A stretch of 64,000 nucleotides of DNA from Chlorokybus atmophyticus (taxonomy: Eukaryota; Plantae; Mesostigma and Chlorokybus algae): assembly GCA_009103225.1 (NCBI GenBank), contig RHPI01003366.1, forward strand, positions 63,794 to 127,793. The letters run 5' to 3'. Made by a program: the position numbers and the translations under genes. Below, piece by piece: positions 36,354 to 46,812 of the stretch (position 1 is the stretch's first letter; each line of letters opens with the position of its first letter). Below the pieces are notes generated by a model. That model saw nothing but the letters and a program-made list of their open reading frames with translations, had not been told where the DNA came from and made no database searches.

Positions 36354-39300
36354 TCCGCTAATGATACGGAATATTTACGTAGTTAATACGACCGACCGCC
36401 GATCGTATAGCATTTTGCGACGGTGATGTATTAAAGATGGCAAGCAAGTGACTTATCAGTCCCAGCTTAGGGACGAGCGGTGGCGGTGAGTTGGGACAAG
36501 TATCGATATATGATACGATGGAAGTTTCGTCTCAAGACAATGGTACGATCGTACCATCGATATGGTACAGCAAGACCATTACAATGGTACCATTGTATTG
36601 ATACTTTTGTACCATTACGCTGGTACAGCATTATCATCGTAATGGTACGATAGTGTCATAAGGGAAGCCGTTGGATTTGTAAACTCAACAGCCCCCTTGT
36701 GAATTTAAGCGCTAAGCCGCAACACAACGCTCAACTTTGCAAGCTGACTTGTGCAGTTGAGCGTTGTACTGCTGCGGCGGCGGCGACGGCGGTGGCGGTG
36801 GCGGTGGCGGCGGCGGCGGCGGCGGTGGCGGGTATGAGCTTGTGTGCTTGTGCATGTCTTGTCGTGTAGTGCGCAGCAGCGCAGCCTGACCGCCCTTCCA
36901 CCCTTCGTGTTGCAGGGCGGCCACCAGGCCAAGCCAGGTGGCGGCGGCGGCGGCCGCCAGCAGGTGCGCTGTTGTTGTGGTGGTGGTAGTGGTGGTGGTG
37001 TGTATATGCTGTGTTGCGCTGCCCTAGCTAACCGCCCCTCTTTCCTCAGAACGACCAGGCTAGGAGGGCGGAAGCAGCAGGCAAGCGGCAGCACAAGACT
37101 TAGCGGTGGCAGACTGTAGTGTAGTTGGTAGTACTACTGCGGTAGTAGTGTAGTAGTATACCGTGGTACGTTAGTATTGGGGCTTGTACTGTGTAGGTGA
37201 CATGTATATGACTGTGATGTAATCAAGTTGTGATATATGATTGCCGTCTTGCACAGTCGATGTCACACAAACGCGGTACCTACTCATCACTGACGGTATT
37301 CTAAGGTACCATAAATCAAAACTAGGTACCTGGCAGTTAGGGACGATTACCACAAAGTTGCCGGTACTTCACTGATAAGTACCGGTTAGATACCTGTTAG
37401 TTAGGCTAAGTGACCTTGGCTTGACTGATAGGTATCCTACAGATACCGGTTAGTTAGATCAAGTCCCTTTTGCTTGACTGATAAGTACCTGACAGGTACC
37501 TGTCCGTCTAAGTCAGTCCTTTTGTGTAAACGGCCGGGGACGGCCATTATACTCAGGTCTCTATATCGAGATTACAGGTGGACTAAGCCACGACAGTCCA
37601 AATGAGTATCCTCAGGTGCACGGCCGTTACCTGTTTTTGATTGGCCGGCAGGGGAAACATTTTGCGACGTGCCTTGACTCCTGGTTGGTCAACTGTCACG
37701 CTCGAAGAACTTGTTTGATTCACTCACAATTCCTTACTTATGTGGTAAGGAAGAAGGGCTAGTAGTCATGGCCCATGACGGTGTGTGTGGCATACATGCA
37801 CATAGGGTCAAATAATAAACACTTGGTGCATGAGCACATCATGATAGCAGCTACACAAGGTCTACAAGTAGGTACAGGACTCTTCATTGTCAAGTGCAGA
37901 GTCTCAAAAGCACCAACAGTGTTGCCTATATTGATGTTTTTAAAGGTGGACAAAGTCAGCACGTGCTGACAAGTTTGCGCCGTGGCCTAGGGCATCCAGG
38001 CCAACAAGGCCATGGTGGCGAGGCCTTGTCCTCCAACATCCCATGTGCTAGGGTCGGAGAGCAACGAGTGATATAAGGGTGTGACTGACACCTTGCGCCA
38101 CAGTGGTGGCAATGAGTTGCTGGCCTTGCAAGACTACTTGTGTGTGGGGTGCCTGGCTAAAAGCTGTTGGAGGGCTCTCCCCATCCACTCCCTTGTGGGT
38201 TGCTGCTTGCAAAATGTGTATACACATCTTTTATTATGAAAATTCACGTGGTTGTGCAGAAGTTTGTAGCCCTCATCAGCAGCCTTACCGGGTAAATGAG
38301 GGGCAAACGTGACATAAACATAGCTGTGGACTCCTTCGGAAGGCACGGAGCCTTAGCATTGGTTGTTGCTAGGTCTGAAGGCAGCAAGGGGGACTCCGGG
38401 AGTACATTGGGGCGTTGCCAACAGGGTGTTGGGCAATGGAGCTCGAGAGGACTTACTCTACTCTTAGGTGGGGTGTGCCTAGCTTGGTTGTTTAAGGGCC
38501 CCGGGCCCTCCCCATTCCCATGCGGGGGTGCTTGTTGACAATATTTAGTAAGTGTTTTGGTTCTTTCTTAAAGCTTGCTACGCTCCAAGACAAGTACGTG
38601 TGCGTGCGTGCGTGCGCGCATGAGTGTGTGCGTGTGTGTGTGTGCGCGTGTGTGTGTGGTACATATAAAGCTTGCCGGGCAGCATGATGCTGCCTTTGCA
38701 TTCATAATCACACATACTCAACATGCAGGCTGCTTTCCCACAATACACACAACATGCTAAGTCTAATTGGTACCAGCATTGTTGCTGCGCGTTTGCTTAG
38801 AACAAAAGTGCATACGGTCCAATACAAGACGTCCACTGCGAGATTTTCAACACAAGCTTTGATCTTGTTGCAAGTACTACAGTAGCAATCAATCCAAATG
38901 TTGATTGCTACTTGCAACCATAGCATTTGACAATGAAAACGTTTGTCATCCTAGCTAGCATGAGGGAGCGACTGCCATGTTTTCAACCAGTCAACATGGC
39001 TTCATCAGCTTTGCGTCAGAGCAACATTGCTAACGCACATTAACGTCTTTTGTGATATAATATATAATATGCTTTCATTTCACAAAGACACCAAGACATT
39101 ATGTATGCTTATAAAAGCTTATCAAGCACTGCTTTAACACAGCGTGGTAGGAAGTTAATCCACATGAATGCAACACAATCGTATCAGCAACGTGGAGTTA
39201 AAAAAAAACGTCATTGAGTGACATGATATTAGATAGCCTCGTTGACTTGATCAACATCGCGTTTCGCTCGTTTATTGCGACAAGTCAAAGTCTCACATGC

Positions 39301-39688
39301 GTACATATGCAAAGAACGTTTGTAAACGCTAGAACAAGTGATATGACAAGTGCAATGGGCAACCAACCAACCAACCAACCAACTAATTTACAGTCATAAC
39401 AACACAGCACACGGCTATCATGTTGGTGTTGGTGTAATTGGTACAACTAGTAATAGAGTAAGAAAGCGCAGTAGAGTACGACAATGCAATAATACGCTGG
39501 CCCCCTCTGCGCATCCACTGGCATCGACACATAGTAGGTAGTGCCGCACCGAGGGCCTCGGGCTCACCTACACACAAGCGCCCACAGTGAGTTAGCTGCT
39601 ATGGGGGTACATATTGTGCCTACTGATGCCATCAAGCACAACACAAGGCAGTGCACGCTTGCAACACAAGCCAAACAATGTACAAAGA

Positions 39689-39739
39689 GCACACTGCCAT
39701 TGTGCCCTTGCACGGTGCAAGGGCACAATGGCAGTGTGC
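39689..39739. repeat. Perfect 25-bp inverted repeat with 1-nt spacer
   Basis: GCACACTGCCATTGTGCCCTTGCAC-G-GTGCAAGGGCACAATGGCAGTGTGC. Confidence 0.95.
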
Positions 39740-40327
39740 CCTGTGTTAACAGATTCAGTTAGGCGAGGATCGGGTCAGCTATGTCTGGTTGCCAACAAAA
39801 TACCCTTCAACCAAGTAGTTGACAAGCTCCCAGCTCATCATCATTGGCTGTGACAGTGCCGCTGTCACAGCCCATGTTAAGGCGGCCTTTGTTGCAACAT
39901 GTTACCCCTAACAGTTGATTAAATATATTAGACGGTTGTGGGTTCAAGGATACTCAGTTAGACAATTGTTGTTCAGTCTACCGGCGATCCTGATATAGGG
40001 GCGTAAGCATAACGGCCGTCACCATTAGTCGGCGACCGTCTGCATCAAGGGACTGATCCTAACTAGCAGGAACCTGTCAGTATACCCATCAGTCAAGCAA
40101 AAGGGACTTGACCTAAGTGACAAGTAACCAATAGGTACCCAACAGGTAGGTATCGGCAACTGCACACTAACTGATTGTGCATGAGGTACCTTATAATACC
40201 TGCCGTTACCAAATGGAACCGTTCAATCATGACTAGATACCTCACGTCAGTGTTGTCAATGATAAAAAATAAGTAAATCATAATACATGTATTGCAAGTC
40301 ATACTGGTTCCATGCTACAACATGAAT

Positions 40328-40328
<1 letters not shown>

Positions 40329-40360
<32 letters not shown>
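40329..40360. repeat. (TAC)n microsatellite inside the right inverted arm
   Basis: About 11 TAC units; a degenerate GTAGTAG counterpart lies at ~37117-37160 in the left arm. Confidence 0.85.
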
Positions 40361-40929
40361 CTACCCCCACTCTAATATAAGGTTGTACAAAGCCGCCGCT
40401 TCTGCGCTCCACCTCCGTCGCCGCTCCTTGTCGATCGCCGCTCCTGCAAGCACAAGTCAATCACACTAGCGCCATCAACAGCAGCATACACAATAACACT
40501 CAAAGTGTAACAACTTACACACACATGCTGCCGCCGCCTAGCCTGGCCTGGCCTGGCCTGGCCTAGCCGCCTTAAGATCAGAAGGACAGTTAGCTTATAT
40601 GCACTGCTGCGCACAACACAACGCTACAGCACAGAGCTTTACTTACTTACTGTTGCCACCACCACCGCCGCCGCCGCCGCCACTGCACAACTCAACGGTA
40701 CAACTTGCTTAGAGTCGTTGAGCGTTCGAACCTTGGCAACAACTGATTCAAATGCGTCGTCACAATGGCACCATCATACCATCAGTATGATACGATGGTG
40801 CTATTGTTATGGAGTTTCCGTATTATTAACATGGTATGTTAGTCGCCGCAGTGGTACAGTAATTGTACCGTCGTTACGCATTACTCTTGCAAAAAAACAA
40901 AAAGGGACGAGTAGTCACTTGCTGGTTAT

Positions 40930-41000
40930 GTGATAGGTCGCCGCCGCACCCACGGACGGCCGGTGGTCGGCCGTCCGTGGGTGCGGCGGCGACCTATCAC
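40930..41000. repeat. Perfect 33-bp GC-rich inverted repeat with 5-nt loop
   Basis: GTGATAGGTCGCCGCCGCACCCACGGACGGCCG-GTGGT-CGGCCGTCCGTGGGTGCGGCGGCGACCTATCAC, flanked on both sides by TTAT. Confidence 0.95.
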
Positions 41001-41716
41001 TTATCAAGATGCGGGCACGTCACGGAATAGGATGCGCCCTGTAACACCCAAGCCAGGCACCTTATACACACAGCAAGTCAGCACCCGGCAGAGTTCCCAT
41101 ATAAGATTTTTGTTTTCAACAACATGCTGGCTTAGCTCTGGGTACTTACCTCTCTTTATGTTAACATTTCCTTCTCACATGGTCGCACGTTGTCCTGCAA
41201 GACTCCAATATAAGTCACGCGTGCTGACCGTTAGCTTATCACTTTTCGGCCCCATCGGTCTCATGATAGTTATATGACCAGCATGAGCCTTCCGCACATT
41301 GGCAGTCATGTGCTCATTCCGTTACTCAAGTCCGAGTCACATCTCATTATACATCATTATATCATATCTCACAAGCATCAATAAACATCAGCATATGTGC
41401 AAATATATCACAATTAAATGGCACCATAATTTGTAGTACGATACAACTGCCCTTTACATATTTTTGTTGCACACTACCATGCTGTACATCCGCATAACAA
41501 TACCTGAAGAAGCCGACTTGGCCAAGTTGATAGCTACTCTTTTCAAGATTACTTTATCTAGCTGAGCGTACGATATATCAGATGGAAATTTGCCCTCACG
41601 TGCAATCTCAACCACTCTGCATACACTTATGACAACGTACCGCCTTCACGTACACAACATGCTTATTACGGATTCCTTGCTTTTGACTTCCTGAGCGACA
41701 GCAAGATACTCTAAAT

Positions 41717-41917
41717 GACGCGGGCATGCCCTGCCTGCGGATGCTTGACTGAAGTGGCCTGCAGGCGGGGTTAATCACGAAGCAATTGAAAAGGTCACCT
41801 TTGCAAACGGAAGTAGCACGGGTCACCTGTTGAAGGTGCAATGTTGTTTGTGTGCCTTCTCAATGGACTCCGCCTACAGGCCACCTCAGTCAAGCGTCCG
41901 CAGGGCATGCCCGCGTC
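41717..41917. repeat. ~200-nt foldback with ~51-bp arms (MITE-like or hairpin RNA)
   Basis: Left arm 41717-41771 and right arm 41867-41917 differ by four transitions and a 4-nt bulge. Confidence 0.8.
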
Positions 41918-42947
41918 CCTACCTGCAACCTTTTCCGTCCATCATCATTGCACCTTGCCATGTTGCTTTGCTGCGCGGTGGAGCAGCGCAGAGCACGCAC
42001 CAGCGACCTGCCTAAGCATGCACTCGCGCCGCCGACGCTGGAAATGCTTTCAGCGTACCTTTGTCATGATGGAAGGTCCTATCCATGGCGTATCAGGCCT
42101 TCGATACTATTGTTTATATAGGCCTATGGCAGCGTGCGCAACGCTTGCTCCGTTATGTGGCTTCATCAAGATGTCTTGTCCGCATGCAAAGCCACAAAGT
42201 CGGCAGCACACCAGCGACTTGCCTAAATCCCGTCTGCCGACGCTGGGCGCTGAACCTTGCAAATGCTCAGATGAGGCGAGAGCAACGCAGAGAACCCTCG
42301 CAACCATGCCGGGCGGGTTGCACCAAGCTTAGCCAAAGCACTGCCGCCTGGCGCCTAGGTGGCCCTGTCGATTACTTACTTGGTTGTCCCAGTGTGCTGT
42401 TGTAGCTGACCGCGTGTGAGCGTATGCACTTGCGCATAGCGAGGCGCGCCTAGTTGCCGCCGCCGCCGTCACGCCGTTTGGCAAGGTAAGTGTTCGGTGT
42501 TCCTGGCTCTCTCGCCCGTGCTGCCGCCGCCTCGCCGTTGCTCGTCCTGTGTGTGTGCTGCTCCGCTGTCCATATGGGTGTACCATCTGCGTGCGTGCGT
42601 GTGTGCGGCGTGTGAAAACGGAAACCGTCGTCATGCATGCAGTTGTGTCCCCATGACGTCGCTTTGCTTGCTGTTCATGTGTACGTTCGTGTGCATACGT
42701 GTGCTCGTCCGAGTGAAAGTCGTCACTAGAATGCCGTTTTGTGCCCATGGCGTAGCTATTTCGTCGCTCCTTGCGACACTGTTTGTGTGCTGCGCTGTGC
42801 ATGTGTGTGCATGTATGCTTCATGACTTTGCTGTTTCTTCCATGCGCTAATGTCTGCTTTCTGCTCGCGACCATCGCGACTGCAAACAAAGGAAACCGCA
42901 ATTCTCAACCCTAACTCGTCTGTGTGTCTGCATTGTAGGCCGTAAGG

Positions 42948-45900
42948 ATGGGTCGAATGGCTTTACCGCTGCTGTTGACAACGGCGGCAGCATGGATGCT
43001 GTCTCTTGCGCTTCTGGCTTTGTGTGCCTCCTTCGTCACTGGCTCTGGCGTAACGTAAGTCACATGCTTGCCATCTGGCATGCGCAACGCACGAAAGGAC
43101 AAAACCATTGCGTTCGGTGCCCTGTCTCCTTGTGTAGCATGCATGTCAGTCTGCTGTGCATCTCAGCGTGTTCATTGAACTCTGGTCACATTGCCAACTT
43201 CAGCATAGGAGGGCCGTACCGCTCGGATGAATGCAGCACCATCCGGCTGCGAGCCAGTGCGACCGCGGATGCATGTGGCGTGGATCGATTGCTGGCTTGG
43301 GACCTGAACAACGATGGCGTGTTCGATGACGCGAGCGGCGGCTTCCTCATCATCCACGCCTACAACAAGGGCCTCGGTCCGGGTGTCCACACAATCAGCG
43401 TCCGCGCCACCAGCAGCTCCTGCCCAAACTCTCCTTCCGAAGTGGTGAGCACCACCATCACCGTCACCGTCGCACCCCTCGTCATCACCGCCATAGGAAC
43501 GTATCCGGCGAGCAACCTCGGGGTCGCGAGCGTCGAGGAGCGCGTTCAAGTGATTGTGCGGAGCTCTGCAGCAACCTGCGTGCCTGACAACCTTGTGTTA
43601 GACTGCGGTGCAGACAGTGTGGTGAGTAGCGCTTTCATCGGCGTGCGTGCGTGCGTGTAGGCAGGCAGAGCGGTGGTATGTTGGTTGGATTTCATGCACA
43701 CCTGCTGTGCGCAGGGCAACGAGGCGGGATACTGTCGATATAGTAAACCAGGCATCAAGACCATCACCGCCACTGTCGCGCAGTTTGGTGCCGTTGCATC
43801 GCTCTCGAGCAACATCACAGTCACAACTTTCTAGTGAGTGCTGTTGTTACACCTGTTGCCTTACGTGTGTATGCAGTGCACTTACGAGCGCGCGCGTATG
43901 TGTGTGCGTTCTGCACGTGCAGCATGGGAGGGCCATACACCGTCGCCCCGTGCGCCACCATCCAACTTGCAGCGCCTACCACCATTGATGCATGCGGGAG
44001 ACCGCGTGTCCTTGCGTGGGATTACAATGACGATGGTGTGTTTGACGACAGCACGGGGAACAAACCCTACCTCTATAATGAGCTTTCTCGCCTCGCTCCC
44101 GGCGTCCACCCGATACGTGTGCAATCCAGCAGCAATCCCGCCTGCCCCGCCTCTCCGGCGGAAGTGCATACAGTCAGCGTGACTGTCACTACGGGTGCCA
44201 AGCCCGAGATCCGTGGCATATCCACATTTCCGGCGAGCAGTGAACCTGTCACCAGCACTCAAGCAAGCGTCCAAGAGGAGATCCGTGTCGTCGTGGTTCC
44301 GTCATACGTGTTCTGCCTGCCTTACACCGTCACCCTTGACTGCGGCGCCGACAATGTGGTCAGTTGCAACCGTCTTATTGCGGCATGTCGCAGCACTGCC
44401 TTCATAGTTCTTTGCTGACTGTGCGCGCACATGTGTGTACAGAGCAATAGGACGTCGTACTGTCGGTACAGCACGCCCGGACAGAAAGTCATCACCGCCA
44501 CCATCACGCAGAGTGGCGTCTCCGTCTCGCGCTCCGTCAACATCACAATTACTGGCTACTTGTGAGCGTGCTCATGCATGCGTAGTTGTCGTCGCCTTCA
44601 TCAGGAAGTCAAACTGATCCCGTCGAGTATGCAGCATCGCAGGGCCGTACTCCTTGCCCCTGTGCTTCGGTGCAATTGCTCTGACAGCCGAGGGGGGCGT
44701 CGACGAGTGCGGCCATATCCGGAACCTGGCCTGGGACTTTAACAATGATGGCGTCTTTAATGACGCAATGGGACCGAGCCCAGTTTTCGATGTTGCCGTA
44801 CGACAGCTCCTGCCCGGAGTGTATCCTATAAGTGTACGAGCCAGTAGCAACACCACCTCCTGCCCCGGCTCAGTCCCTATTTATCTCACCACCAACGTTA
44901 CCATTTACGGCACCATAACACCCCCGGAGCTCTTCTCCGTGCACGGTTTCCCAGAAAGCGGCAACGGAAGAGCAACGGTGGGGTCCTGGTGGGAACACAC
45001 TCTCATGCACACACTCTCATACACTCAGCTCTCACAACTCAAGGCAACCCACAGGTGGGAGAGGCCATTGAAGTCAACGTTGAGTACTCGACGGCTGGCG
45101 GTTGTCTTCCTTTCAACCTAACCATCGACTGCGGTCTGGACGCCGTGGTGAGAGCGCACAGGTGCATGTTATTCTGTGTACACAATCGCAGCACTGTCTG
45201 CCTCAGGGAGTGACCCTATGGTGCCAACTACAGGGCAACAAGAAAGGATATTGCCAATATGGCACGAGTGGAGTCAAGGTCATCACCGTAACGCTCTCAC
45301 AGGAAGGCGTTGAGGTGTCCCTCAGTCTAAACGTGACAGTGACTGCAACCGACCCATCATGTGCAACGTAAGCGTGTGTACTTGCAATCATGCACATGGC
45401 GCGCACCACTCCGACATCAATCGCACTCAATGTGACCGACAGGGCGGCGTTTCCGGAGGGGAGAGTGCGCGGGAAGCGGGGTTGTTCTGCAGAATTTTGG
45501 CCGAAGTTGCTGGCATGCAACCTCCCCAACAACATCAAGCCATACACCAAGCTCTACGATGCTTTTGCTAGCCGAGCGAGCGAGGATGCGCGGGTATAGA
45601 TTGATGCTTGTGTCTTTCTTTGTGGTCTAAGCTACTGCCTGCAGCGCCGTGTATGCAGTACTTATGCATAAATGCCTTATGTATGTGCAGCTCATTGAGC
45701 GCCTATTTGGCAACCGTACCATTTCCCAAGCCTTGCGCATCTCAACCCGTCAGGTACGTTTCTTATTGTGGATGCGTATGTGCGAACACGCGTGCATGTA
45801 ATGTCCGCGCACGACTGGCTGTGCATAAGTGCAGGTTTGCATGTATGGACAATCAACTATCCAAGCCAATTGCCTGCGCAATGTTTCATGTGTCTCTTGA

Positions 45901-46353
45901 TTCTCAACACCGTAACGCTTCAGATTGACACCTTTGCAAGGGAAGCCACTGCCGCTCTGCTGAATGCGGAGACAGTGTACTATGCACAGGTTCGGGCTTG
46001 TATTACCCTCTGCTTGTGTTCTGTTCATGCTATGATTGCGATGCATGCATGTGGCACGTGAGCGCTTGGTTTTTGCTTGCTAGTGTCCCCTTTCGGTCAA
46101 GCTCGACTTTCGCCATGGCTTGTACAATGCGAGCAACATCACAAGACGTAAGTGGACTTGCGGTCGCATCAATGATTGCACGCATGTGTGCCAATTTCTA
46201 ACACGTCTCTTTGTGTAGTGACTAATACAAGAAACAAATTTTTCACTCAAAACAATTTTGTGGACGGGTGCCCCCTTGGGACAGTGTGTAGCACTTAGGA
46301 CTAAGCAGTTCAAGTTTGACAATAGTGGATTATGTGATGGACGTTTATGTTGA
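42948..46353 (+). CDS. Secreted protein: signal peptide + three bacterial-type PKD/Ig-like repeats + C-terminal protodermal-factor-1-like domain
   Basis: Signal peptide MGRMALPLLLTTAAAWMLSLALLALCASFVTG. Three repeats with GGPY..C..L.A..D.CG....AWD(L/Y/F)N(N/D)DGVF(D/N)D..G..L.PGV..I.V..S (Trp at 43298, 44017, 44732) plus (L/I)DCG.D.V|..YC.Y..PG.K.IT.T. Tail GCSAEFWPK..TISQAL..FAREATAALLNA..; stop 46351-46353. All introns GT-AG and phase-consistent; only the exon-2 acceptor is uncertain. Confidence 0.85.
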
Positions 46354-46812
46354 TGTCTCTTTGTCATGTTAATCTGTGTATAAGAGTATGTGAGATTACC
46401 AACATGCATGGTGGGAGGCTCAACATGCAATGTCATGCACAACACGCATTCAACACATGCAATGCCATGCCGATATGTCATTCCACCGGGTCGCTGCTAG
46501 TTCCTACCACCAACCCCTACCCTGTTGATTCACACAGCATGCATGTTGTCAAATAGTTACTTACTTAAACGAGCTGTGCGCATGCTTTTACTCATCAGGC
46601 TTACTCAGCGAGTAATGTTGCTGCAGAGGTTTTATGGTAGTGGCACGTGATAGATAGCTCATTCTTGGACACCGCTCCTTTACCATTCAATTGTCGTATA
46701 ATGGAGCAGATGCATACACGTGCTGAATACTGCATATTTTTGTCTCACACACTCATACATCATAAACTGGTCTAATTTTCACACGAGTGCCTAATTGAGA
46801 AAGTTAGGGAGG

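Larger units (their letters stand above)
36380..41000. mobile_element. Repeat island bounded by long diverged inverted arms (~36380-37650 and ~39900-41000), each with an outer hairpin
   Basis: Colinear reverse-complement matches across the arms, e.g. TCAAGTCCCTTTTGCTTGACTGAT (~37459) vs ATCAGTCAAGCAAAAGGGACTTGA (~40088); TGAGTATCCT; AGCAAGTGACT; GTGCGCAGCAG; (GGC)n and CCAGG blocks in the same order. Confidence 0.65.

Noticed and set aside
36540-37520. CRISPR-like array of palindromic repeats
   Set aside because: No constant-length repeat-spacer periodicity, no cas genes, eukaryotic context.
40926-41004. 33-bp hairpin as an independent 71-bp MITE with a TTAT target-site duplication
   Set aside because: A degenerate homologous hairpin exists at the matching position of the other arm, so it seems integral to the larger repeat; TTAT may be coincidence. 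Not fully excluded.
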